A DNA stretch of 64,000 bases from Octopus bimaculoides (lineage: Eukaryota), in NCBI RefSeq assembly GCF_001194135.2, contig NC_068999.1, positions 22,080,007 to 22,144,006 on the forward strand, written 5' to 3'. Positions 55,101 to 63,696 of the stretch are shown piece after piece. Under the pieces are notes generated by a model. That model saw only the letters and a program-made list of their open reading frames with translations, did no database searches and had not been told where the DNA came from. The position numbers were made by a program, and so were the translations under genes. How positions within the stretch are numbered: position 1 is the stretch's first letter; each line of letters starts with the position of its first letter.

Positions 55101-55844
55101 ACTCATTATGAAAATATTCAGTTTGGAAAATATATATAACATATGACGACAATCTTTGATAAACAAGAAGGTTATTTTGAGAAGATATTAAGACTAGTTG
55201 AATAAATCAACATTTTTAAAATCAAGGAAAGAAATGTAAAATCAGAACTGGAAATGAGTGTCTAGGGAAAGGAGTTAATGGAAATCCGCGCTAATTGTCT
55301 TTTGTTGTTTGGTGTAGGATTTCTCAGTTCGATGCTGGAAAAGCCATTTGTTATAAATAAAATGAAAACAATTTTCAAGATGTACAAACGTGTCCTTAAA
55401 CTCGGAAAAACAAGACATACAGCTTTAAAAATAAACTAATCACTGAAAAGTAGACATATACCGTATATAACTACAACGTACCGTCCCACACCTTATTTGA
55501 TATAATAGGATATAAAAGTCCTAAAAAGTTTCATTATGAAATAAAATATTTTGATAAAATTTAAACAACGTAAACAATGAAGAACTGTGAAAAACTAAAA
55601 TATATATCTATAAATACTGAAGGAATGTCAACAAGTTGACGAAATAATTATATGGGAGCAACGATTTAACCGTAAACAACGTTAAATAAATCAATTGATA
55701 GCAGATGAAAGAAGTTCATTTACAAGTTATCAGCTTTTTTTCTGTCGTTCATTAGAAAAAACACTTACCTGCATTACATCTTAAAGAAGTGAAGATATAT
55801 AAGAAAAGCAATAACCATCGTAAATCCAACAGGTATGTCGCCAT
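20881..55844 (-). CDS. Uncharacterised 637-aa secreted, probably GPI-anchored Cys-rich protein (DUF7044/DUF7042/DUF7043-like repeats), 14 coding exons
   Basis: complement(join(20881..21035,21599..21737,22102..22208,22617..22859,24054..24185,25593..25657,30245..30467,31552..31672,33617..33723,35519..35728,39981..40070,42025..42089,44021..44201,55769..55844)) = 1914 nt, all GT-AG with matching phases. Motifs include C-x-F/L-P...G-x-W/F, NILQYK, CMGSW, PVPCPIGGRY, CVGYW...SYLITYD...FRCW. Domain naming is from recall, not a Pfam run. Confidence 0.88.
21599..21737 (-). CDS. Exon 13: VYERLSWTSLIMSRAANAKC...AESERL
   Basis: ttttag|GTT ... T|gtaagt, phase 0-1. Confidence 0.88.
22102..22208 (-). CDS. 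Exon 12: EPDNILKCVGYWMEDLRSYLITYDDEDAISNFRCW
   Basis: atgtag|AT ... TGG|gtttgt, phase 1-0. Confidence 0.9.
22617..22859 (-). CDS. Exon 11: NPPTPVPCPIGGRYSF...GRPIGEY
   Basis: tttcag|TT ... G|gtgaga, phase 1-1. Confidence 0.9.
24054..24185 (-). CDS. Exon 10: KPNRLTSNEM...FNWKYDYFI
   Basis: cgttag|GA ... T|gtaagt, phase 1-1. Confidence 0.85.
24420..24655 (-). mobile_element. Well-preserved MetaSINE-like SINE (CpGs retained)
   Basis: On -: GGCGGCGAGCTGGCAGAAACG...GAGTTCAAATTCCGCCGAGGTCGACTTTGCCTTTCATCC. Confidence 0.85.
25593..25657 (-). CDS. Exon 9: EIDFVCFDIQPRHHSIVRFRV
   Basis: cttttag|T ... G|gtaagt, phase 2-1. Confidence 0.87.
26260..26750 (+). mobile_element. Degenerate RTE RT fragment
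   Basis: NYRNIKLM, QEKYLAKSKLPYLAFVD, GIQQGPVL, ELLYADG. Confidence 0.7.
27470..28030 (-). mobile_element. Helitron Rep-helicase N-terminal fragment
   Basis: CIYCKA...LCCSGGKVKLPAIPQPPEPLKKLL...SKHFQNKIRQYNAALQMTSF, preceded by an E/R-rich helical stretch. Confidence 0.85.
28039..29110. repeat. Long imperfect inverted repeat (arms 28039-28458 and 28780-29110)
   Basis: catccgtagatatcta / tagaaatctacggatg; gcataagtacagatttctg / cagaaatctgtagttatgc. Confidence 0.85.
30245..30467 (-). CDS. Exon 8: PPATKLVQPSCNLPRNLTGTWF...KIVVGK
   Basis: ttttcag|TA ... TG|gtgagt, phase 1-2. Confidence 0.88.
31552..31672 (-). CDS. Exon 7: LTNKDQNPKDNKRKWVKSRFSECRTL...LELVP
   Basis: ttttag|CTC ... A|gtaagt, phase 0-1. 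Confidence 0.85.
33617..33723 (-). CDS. Exon 6: IRYQCMGSWVNEDGYLLAGI...RFKCL
   Basis: tttcag|AG ... CTG|gtaaaa, phase 1-0. Confidence 0.87.
34115..34620 (-). mobile_element. Non-autonomous Helitron-like element with 3x36-bp internal tandem repeat
   Basis: ACTAGCTGACCC at the left (CTAG end on -); 36-bp period at 34341, 34377, 34413. Confidence 0.5.
35000..35240 (-). mobile_element. tRNA-headed SINE carrying a minimal hammerhead motif
   Basis: A-box TGGCGTAGTGG (35234-35224), B-box GTTCAATTCC (35189-35180), AT-rich linker, hammerhead at 35091-35046. Confidence 0.75.
35046..35091 (-). ncRNA. Minimal type I hammerhead ribozyme motif
   Basis: GACAC-CUGAUGA-A-GGCUG(10 nt)CAGCC-GAAA-UGUU-GUGUU; stem I GACAC/GUGUU, stem II 5 bp, loopless stem III. 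Confidence 0.65.
35245..35415 (+). mobile_element. Headless inverted copy of the same element, hammerhead core decayed
   Basis: GACAT-CTGGTAA-A-GGCTG..CAGCC-GAAACGTT-GTGTT at 35296-35341. Confidence 0.75.
35519..35728 (-). CDS. Exon 5: LKPKTVSCKTTFEGMYHFTY...NIYTEDK
   Basis: ttgacag|CA ... C|gtaaat, phase 1-1. Confidence 0.87.
36103..36661. mobile_element. ~560-bp non-coding repeat in a (TAA/TAG)n tract, copy 2
   Basis: Similar to 12398-12920. Confidence 0.75.
36850..39360 (-). mobile_element. Old CR1/L2-like LINE (APE and RT, many stops)
   Basis: KPYILFLIETKI and CYLYQSPN (APE); MVINNHFLLYLE and HSYAADV (YADD-like). Confidence 0.55.
39981..40070 (-). CDS. Exon 4: CTASVIQIGDSAFCEIKMPQLASQLTTMY
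   Basis: tttttcag|CT ... T|gtaagt, phase 1-1, single open frame. Confidence 0.8.
42025..42089 (-). CDS. Exon 3: NCYSCIYVMYRTVNILQYKVT
   Basis: tttatag|G ... T|gtaagt, phase 2-1. Confidence 0.87.
44021..44201 (-). CDS. Exon 2: CIFPSWYHGEFYSYEEG...AIILVKS
   Basis: tacag|CC ... AA|gtaagt, phase 1-2. Confidence 0.87.
44600..45300 (-). mobile_element. Decayed REL-endonuclease LINE 3' region (HERO/NeSL-like)
   Basis: LRSDTVL...VILTELIVPYESRIEEAKICK; FVGKSAYDLMKQL; NSNWIWSR. Confidence 0.55.
48170..49270 (-). mobile_element. RTE LINE RT and C-terminal fragment
   Basis: GVRQGCMSPGLF, YADDTV, YGSET, CEMWFLRRIMR, EGKRSRGRSR. Confidence 0.85.
49415..49618 (-). mobile_element. MetaSINE-like SINE
   Basis: Family consensus. 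Confidence 0.8.
51680..52830 (-). mobile_element. RTE-1-like LINE RT and 3' portion
   Basis: QAGFRKNFSTMDY, FIDYKK, HLWFADDI, ESYVYL, LPAMLYASEMW. Confidence 0.88.
52840..54010 (+). mobile_element. RTE-1-like LINE 5' region and APE endonuclease, inverted relative to the RT
   Basis: ICTYNCRTL, DVLGLCE, AYSPT...EDFYDEL, KIDYILV; gap at 53097-53429. Confidence 0.8.
55769..55844 (-). CDS. Exon 1: signal peptide MATYLLDLRWLLLFLYIFTSLRCNA
   Basis: aaagATGGCG start context, hydrophobic core, G|gtaagt donor, phase 1. Confidence 0.8.
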
Positions 55845-56673
55845 CTTTACATTTAATTAGGTCAGTTTTTCTCGATCAGGTAAGGATAGGAAGGTAAGTG
55901 GTTGGTTTTACACCTGTGCTGCCACCTATCTAGGTAATCAACAGTGTGACGACAGTCTAAGCCGTGTGAAATCGTAACTTGGTTCGTCTTTATTTACAAA
56001 AATTGATTGCTTTTATTAGGACATATCATGTGAAATATGCATGCTATTTGCTTGTTGTAACCAACAGATAATGTCGTGCACGGACTAGATAGAAACCAGT
56101 TTATTAACTGACTGCCATAGCATTGATTGAAAAGCGCTAATTAAGAAACCGTTCTTTCCTAACTATAAAACATTAACTGGAACATGTTTGACGTTACATG
56201 GTTTCATGTGATGACGGAGTGTCCTGGATCCAAAGAGATGAACTCAATATCTCGTGTTGATTACCGCCAGGCATCTTCTGTACATTGAATGCACTAAAAT
56301 TGAAGAAGGCCATTGGGATTTAAAAGGTTGATAGTTGCAATAGAGACATTAGTCTCTCTCTATCACCTTTCAACATAGTTATATATGAAGAAACAGTAGA
56401 ACAATTAACAACATAATAAAAATAAGTTTTATTTTTGATGATGCTTGGTTTTACAAATCATGTGTCATTCAGCTTAGCAGCCGCTGATTAGTTTGTAATC
56501 GGTATTGGAAGGTTAAGAGCTTCCTTGATGCATGCCAGAGGAGCAAGTAGCTATCACATCGAAAGCGTCGTGGTGAAGAGTGCTTCGTTGAGGGGTAAGG
56601 TGTTGTCACGTCGAAGGTATCGCTCTCAAGAGAGTTATAAAACGAAAGTAACTCTTTAAGTACTAGTTTTACT

Positions 56674-56749
56674 ACGCATGCGCACTCGAGGGGCTTCCGG
56701 AAAGGCAAGTCCCTTGCGCATGCGCAGATTGTACTTCTTCAATGGCGGC
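56674..56749. promoter_or_regulatory. Promoter motif cluster: two NRF1-like sites, palindromic ETS site, YY1-like site
   Basis: ACGCATGCGCA 56674-56684, CTTCCGGAA 56694-56702, TGCGCATGCGCA 56715-56726, AATGGCGGC 56741-56749; CpG-rich; about 0.85 kb upstream of the minus-strand ATG. Confidence 0.7.
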
Positions 56750-56764
56750 TATAAATTCGTGCCA

Positions 56765-58513
56765 CTACAGGATAGTAGCCCAAACTGTTAAAACTTGCAG
56801 TGAGCTGTGCTGCAGTTGTCAGCCTCAAACGGATATCATTTAGCTTTCTTTGGATTTCGTCACACAGGTCATCTATAGGGTTCAAGTTCGGACTTTCGGC
56901 AGGCCATGGCAGTGTCTGGGTGTTGTGCTGTTGGAGGAAGCCTGGGATCTTTTATAAAACGGGGGCCACATTTTTCATTAATGTTTTACGTAGTGTTTTT
57001 GGTACCGAAAGACTTTCAAACTTCGTATACTTATCTATTTTGTGTTATAGAACAGAAAAATATTTTTGTATTCGAATTTATTTCATGTAAAAAATTGTCT
57101 TATTTCGATAATTTCAACCAATCCCTGACAAGTATTCAGTTGTTTATNNNNNNNNNNTTCTTTTTAAATTTGCTGTTTTACCCTAACCCTAACCCTATCA
57201 CCGATAGAACTGTTTCAGAATCGTTTGTTTATGTAGTCGGCACTTAATGTATATCGGCTGAATGGACGTCAGTGATTGGTTGAAATTACAGAAATACGAC
57301 AACTTTAACATGGAATAACTTAGGGATTTCTTTTTTTGTTAAGAAGACTAAGAGAAAAAGATGTTTTATATGACACATTCTACCAGTGTTCCAAGTTTCA
57401 AAGTGTTTCGTTAATGAAAAATGTGGCCCCCGTTTTAAAAAAGATCCGAAGCCTGTTTTCAACCTGGTAGTATGGGTACAGGCGTTGTCATGTTGGAACA
57501 CATGATTCCAATGACGGGCAAAGTATGGTGCAATGTGAGACCTCAACACTGGTCGATGTAGTGAGCAGCAGTCACTCCATTGCCCCAGCCTTGGCTGATA
57601 TTTTGGGACACCACTGGTCCAAGTTCCCAGTTGAGTGCAATCCCACCCCATACCATGATGTTCTGTTCTCCCCATGAGTCTCTCGCTACCACACAGTTAT
57701 CGACATGGTGTTCATCTCTTCTTCTCCAAACCCTAGCTCTGCCACCTGTCACAAAAATGCAATATCGACTTTTGTCAGAGAAGATTACAGTCCTCCACTG
57801 CTGGTATCACGAGTTCTGACATTTTTGAGCCTACTGCAGATGTGCCTATCGATGATGATCTGTAAGGATGGGGCCTCTAGCTGGATGGCGACAAGACAGA
57901 TTGAAAGATCTCAGATGGTGGCAATCTGTCTCTGCACAAATGGGTCTGAGGTGAGTCCGTATGGTTTGCCTAGCTAATTCTGTTGCCCTCTGGAATTGGT
58001 CCTGCAACTGCTGTCAGTGCAGGTGGCAATCTTGACATGCTGTTGTAACCCTTAGTCGGCCACTATTTGTGGCACGTATTGTTTCCTCAGCTGCTCAACT
58101 GTCCAAATACTGCAGTTAAAGTCATTGGCAATAATCCATGGACAATGACCAGCATGGAGACATCTAATGGCTTGCTGCCTCTGATTTCATGTCAGTCTTG
58201 GCATGCTTGCTGCATTCAGGAAATGAATGATAGGGTGGTAAATTTAGGTGCCTTTTATACCCAATAAATCAATGTTTTTCTTGTGCATCATGCTTTTCAT
58301 AAAGATGCATTAACGAGCATTACCATGTTCATGAAAAGCGAGCGAGTTTGAACCCTACATGCAATCCTTGTGTTTTCAAAAGAGAGTGGTGTTGCTGGTC
58401 AGTGACATCTTCCTGATGTCAAATTACCAAGAAATGTGATAAAATCCATATAATCTCAATATTGTATGCAAAACAAATAATCTTTTACAGTGCGACATTT
58501 CTTTTGTAGTTTA

Positions 58514-58518
<5 letters not shown>
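56765..58518 (-). mobile_element. Tc1-like transposon relic interrupted by a MITE
   Basis: IMVWGGI, FQHDNA, and after removing the MITE WPAESPNLNPIDDL; TIR-like end in (TA)n at about 58490-58518. Confidence 0.85.
56945..57447. mobile_element. MITE with ~40-bp TIRs and 8-bp TSD
   Basis: GGATCTTTTT..AAAACGGGGGCCACATTTTTCATTAA TIR; TSD GAAGCCTG at 56937-56944 and 57448-57455; internal CCCTAA repeats. Confidence 0.88.
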
Positions 58519-58554
<36 letters not shown>

Positions 58555-59289
58555 AGATGTCTTCCTGGGGCTATAAACGTCAGTAGCACAGTCCTTTATG
58601 GGATGCCGCACTTGGTCAGCAATTATATGTTATGATTCCATATTGCTACTGTTTATATCTCACTCTGAGATTTAATATAGCTTATTTCTTCTTTTTCGAA
58701 ATCAGCAACAGTTTGTTGCAGGAAAAAACATAGTATTTTGCGAGTGGAATGAGTTTTCATCACTAGCTGGTGATTAGCACATGCTGAGGATGGGTAGCCA
58801 CTCAGAAACTCGAGTCCATGTGCATCATGTAAGGCTAGAGATGGGAGCAATTACCTCCCTTTGAAAATACTAATTGGACACAGAATGTGTGTCATTAGCC
58901 AGCTGGAAGAGATGTCTTCCTGGGTCTATAAACGTCAGTAGCATAGTCCTTTATAGGACGCCACACTTGGCTGGCAATTATGTTACGATTCCGTATTGCT
59001 ACTGTTTATATCTCGCTCAGAGATTTAAAATAGCCTATATGTATATGGAGGTTATGAGAGGTAATGGTGTCAATAAGACCCAAAGGTGTCAGGTAATGCT
59101 GAGTAAGTGCTATGGACAGACCATAGTTAAGGTCCAGGTTCGGTGATTATGCAAATAAGGAGTCCAACGTAGGTCATATATTNNNNNNNNNNCCATAGTT
59201 AAGGTCCAGGTTCGGTGATTATGCAAATAAGGAGTCCAACGTAGGTCATATATTAGCATGTGTATATATAAAAAAATTTTTTTCAGAAT

Positions 59290-59620
59290 GATATAAAAAT
59301 CCAAGGCTGTGAAGATTTTAGAACATTTATAAATAAAAGGACTTACAGCTGTTTCCGGGATGTTTTTTGTATCCCTTCATCGGAGACAATGTGAGAAAAT
59401 GGTTAAGCAATAGTTAATTTAGATAAGATATGAAATAGAGAGTGAAGTGGAGGAATGAAAATAAACATGAGACATGCAGGGATATTGCATTTGTAGATCC
59501 ATTATTTAGGCAGAATGGTATACATATAAGTTTACAATACCTTGTGAGTAAATTCCAGTAGTATTTAAAATTGGTCATTCAAAGTATAGAATTTGTATAC
59601 AGTGCTATTGAATCGAGGGT
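59290..59620 (-). mobile_element. Penelope-like 3' end with degenerate hammerhead
   Basis: Decayed QILYFE / ILLEF / PFCLNNG (GIY-YIG C-terminus-like), followed by CCGATGA-AGGGAT..ATCCC-GGAAACAGCTGTA. Confidence 0.5.
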
Positions 59621-59984
59621 TTTATTTAAAGTGACATAAAAGTAGGGAATGTATTTGTAAGGTCAAATTGAAAACAGGAAGAGAGGAATAAAGAAAAGCA
59701 AGGAAAGAGATAATAAAGAGATGAAGAGAGGGAAAGTGTACCAGTTAGTGGTCAATCAAGATAAATTGAAAGTGGGAATGGAGAGGTGAGGGTGATAAAG
59801 AGAGAAAGATCTTAGTTTGTAAAAAGATGATAGGGTAAAGAGTAAAGGAGTGTCAGATAAAAGGAGTGTGGGGGGGGGTGATAGAGTAAAGAAAGAGAGG
59901 TATAATAGTGCAAAAAGTAAAGGAGTGTCGGGTATGTAGAGATAGAGCCTAAGTGATGGGGAAGAGAGAGGGGGTAGTAATATG

Positions 59985-60871
59985 GTGGAATGAAGCCAGT
60001 ATGCTCCGATGGATGTGTAATGTCAGTGTGCATACTCAACAGAATGTTAGTATCTTGAGAGAAAAGTCAGACCCAAGAAGCATCAGTTGTGGTGTGCAAG
60101 AGAGATGATTGTGCTGGTATGGTCATGTGGCGAGAATGGATGAGGATAGCTGTGTTAAAAAGTGCCACACCCTAGCAGTTGACGGAACCTGTGGAAGAGG
60201 TAGGCCCAGGAAGACCTGGGATGAGGTGGTGAGGCACGACCTTCGAAGATTGGGCCTCACCGAGGCGATGACTTCTGACCGAGACCTTTGGAAATATGTT
60301 GTGCGTGAGAAGACTCGGCAAGCCAAGTGAGACCNNNNNNNNNNNNNNNNNNNNNNNNNNNNNNNNNNNNNNNNNNNNNNNNNNNNNNNNNNNNNNNNNN
60401 NNNNNNNNNNNNNNNNNNNNNNNNNNNNNNNNNNNNNNNNNNNNNNNNNNNNNNNNNNNNNNNNNNNNNNNNNNNNNNNNNNNNNNNNNNNNNNNNNNNN
60501 NNNNNNNNNNNNNNNNNNNNNNNNNNNNNNNNNNNNNNNNNNNNNNNNNNNNNNNNNNNNNNNNNNNNNNNNNNNNNNNNNNNNNNNNNNNNNNNNNNNN
60601 NNNNNNNNNNNNNNCCAGTGGCACGTGTAAAGACATTCGAGCAATATCATTGCCAGTGCCGCTAGACTGGCTCCTGTGCAGGTGGCACGTAAAAGCACCC
60701 ACTACACTCTCGGAGTGGTTGACGTTAGGAAGGGCATCCAGCTGTAGAAACTCTGCCAAATCACATTGGAGCCTGGTGTAGCCATCTGGTTCACCAGTCC
60801 TCAGTCAAATTGTCCAACCCATGCTAGCATGGAAAGCAGACGTTAAACGATGATGATGATGATGATGATGA
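59985..60871 (+). mobile_element. RTE LINE 3' end with 3' UTR and (GAT)n tail
   Basis: WYGHVARMDE...GRGRPRKTWDEVV...EKTRQAK*; gap 60335-60614; tail at about 60849-60871. Confidence 0.88.
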
Positions 60872-60898
60872 TTATAACCAGTTATTAATAAATTAACT

Positions 60899-61090
60899 GA
60901 GGTGGCAAGTGGGCAAAATCATTAGTGAGTCAGCCAAGATGCTTAGCAACATTTCTTCCAGTTCTTTACATCCTGAGTTCAAATGCTGCTAAGGTCAACT
61001 GTGCCTTTCATCTATCTAAGTTCAGCACTGCAGTTAATGTAATTGATTTTCCCACCTTGCAAATTGTTGGCCTTTTACCTGTAGTAGCAA
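60899..61090 (+). mobile_element. Decayed MetaSINE-like SINE, inverted relative to 61485-61697
   Basis: gaggtggcaagtggg...gagttcaaatg...cctttcat. Confidence 0.65.
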
Positions 61091-61484
61091 TTATTAAATT
61101 AATTGTTTTAAATACTTTTGAAAGCTATTATAGAATTTTTGTTTTAATTTTCTAATTGTTATAGTGGCCAGTTTCTGACTTTATAAATGCAAATTCTTCA
61201 ATGTTTGTTTTAACCTGTTAGCGTTCAGATTTCTTTGTTAAAATGTATTGCTCATTTATTCACGTATTGAATTAATCATGCATTATCTCATAGCTTCAAG
61301 ATTCCAATGGTGTGTTTATATATTTTTAGAATAACTTTTAGGATAGGTGTGTAAGGCTGGATCTGGCCAGTTTGAACATAAAATAGATAGAATATTTGGA
61401 CTGGTTACGGCCAGTTTAAATGGTAAGGGTTAATGACAACCATTAGGGAATTTATTTAGTACACCAACTACATGAAAAGAATCT

Positions 61485-61697
61485 TTTCTACTCTTGGCAC
61501 AAGGCCTAAAATTTTGTGGGAGGGGTCCAGCGGATTAGATCGACCCCTGTATGCAACTGGTACTTGATTTATCAACCCCAAAAAGATGAGAGGCAAAATT
61601 GACCCCGGCAGAATTTGAACTCAGAATGTAAAGACAGACAAAATACTGCTAAGCATTTTGCCGGGTGTGCTAACATTTCTGCCAGCTCACCGCCTTA
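61485..61697 (-). mobile_element. MetaSINE-like SINE
   Basis: Family consensus. Confidence 0.8.
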
Positions 61698-63069
61698 ACT
61701 ACATGAAAATAATGAAAAATTTCTGGTACAGCCATGGCTGTCATTCAGAACTTTGCTTTGCAGCCACGTGGTTTCAGGTTCAGTCCCACTGTATAGTGCC
61801 TTCGCCAAGTGTCTTTTATTATAACCCCAGACTGACCAATTTCTTGTGAGTGAATTTGATAGATAGAAATTGTGTGGATGCCTGTCGTATACATATGCGT
61901 GCGTGTGTGTGTGTGTCTTAATGCTTAACGCTTACCGTTTGACAACTAGTGTTGGTTTGTTTATAACCCTGTAGTTTAGCAGTTTGGGAAAAGAGATTGA
62001 TTGAATAAATACCAAGCTTTAAAAAAAAGAGCGTGAGAGACCCACTGGGTTTGATTTGTTCAACTTTCAAGGCAGTGTTAGTGACTGAAACAATTAAAAG
62101 ATAAACGATCTTGATGTGGACATGAAATATAAATGAAAAATATATGTTCAGTGAAAAAGTGCTATGAACTGATGGTGGAAAACTGTAATATGAAAATCAA
62201 CCCAAAGAAGACTTGTGAATAATCAGTTGAATATCTCCTTGGCTCTGTTTTTCTTGCTGCTGTAATCTTAAAACTATTCGAGCAGTGTCAGTGAGCCTGT
62301 GAAAGATAAGGATATGCCCTTAAGAAAAAAATAAGTACTGGGGCCGATTCATTCGACTAAAAATTCTCCAAAGTCGTGCTGCAGTCTAATGACTGAAACA
62401 AAAGAAAATATATACACATATATATATATATACATAGTCACCTATCAGTGGGTGGACAAACCTATTTACCTCCTGATGGATGACAATACAATGAAGTTGT
62501 TCATGATGAAGGTTATAAAGGTGTAGCTGCTTTGTTCATTTGCTGGAATATATTGCTTTTGACATTCTGTCAAATATTTTCTTTTTGCTGTTGTGTGTTT
62601 CTGTAGTATTTGATTCTTTTTATGTGAGTCCATCCTTAACTTAAGAATTAAGAAGTCTTTGGAGTTTTTTCCTTCAATGTTTTTCAAAAGTACAAGCTGA
62701 TGATTGATTCATTATGGAATTTCAAGGTGGTAACTGTTTTTCTTTATGTTGGCAATTCCTATTCCTTTTCAGGATGTCTTTGATGAATCAGGTGCTTTTG
62801 TTTTTGTTGTAATGATTCTTTGATTAGTTTTTAACTTAGAAGAGTCCCTGCTACTTCATATAAAATTCATATTATTGTTAATTCTTTTATATTTCTCTCT
62901 CACCCTCTCTTGTGTGTGTGTATGTGAATACACATATATACATACACACATACAAACATATATATGCATACATACACACACACATATACAGAGATACATA
63001 TAAACATATACACACATCTATCTATCTATATATATATATATATATATGCATGTATACATACATATATAT

Positions 63070-63655
63070 AAAATTAATATATATAAACAATAGGTTGCAC
63101 TGTTTCATCAAAAGGGAGAATTATAATTGTCACTAAATGTGACTAGGGTGTTAAAAACATCTACATAGATAGAAATAAGAGCTAAAATGCTCTAAGGCTG
63201 TAGTTAACACACATAAATGAAAACATATACACTAACAGGGACCATAATTGTCTGAAAAATGCCAACTGAGAATTCTTAAGACTGATGTCAGTCTCTGTTG
63301 CCGCCACCAGTTAAGTCAGCTTGGTGTTTGGCTTTTTTAGACCTGTTTCTCTATTAGTACATTTGTTTTTGTCATCCAAATTAATGAATGATTTAGTGAT
63401 TCACTAATGTGTATACACAAAATTAATATAAACAGCAGGTTGCAATGTTCCACCAAAAATGAGAATTATAATTGTCCCTAAATGTGACTAGGGTGTAAAT
63501 GAAATTGACCTCAATCTTAATAATTCTCGGTCAGCATTTTTCAAACAGTTATGGTCCCTGTTAGTGTATATGTTTTCATCCATGTGTGTTAACTACAGCA
63601 TTAGACCATTTTAGCTCTTATTTCTAGCAATGCAGGTGTTTTTAACACCCTAGTC
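63070..63655. repeat. MITE-like inverted repeat with internal duplicate of the left flank
   Basis: Inverted arms 63141-63284 and 63511-63655; direct repeat 63070-63150 and 63419-63495. Confidence 0.75.
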
Positions 63656-63696
63656 TCACACACACACACACACACACGTGTGTATGTATATATATA

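Noticed and set aside
56742-56799. Apparent + strand first exon MAAINSCHYRIVAQTVKTC with a gtgagc donor
   Set aside because: Its 3' half and donor are the antisense of the Tc1 transposase relic (TAAQLT / VWATI). No downstream exon was found and the peptide is not recognisable. A divergent non-coding transcript remains possible.
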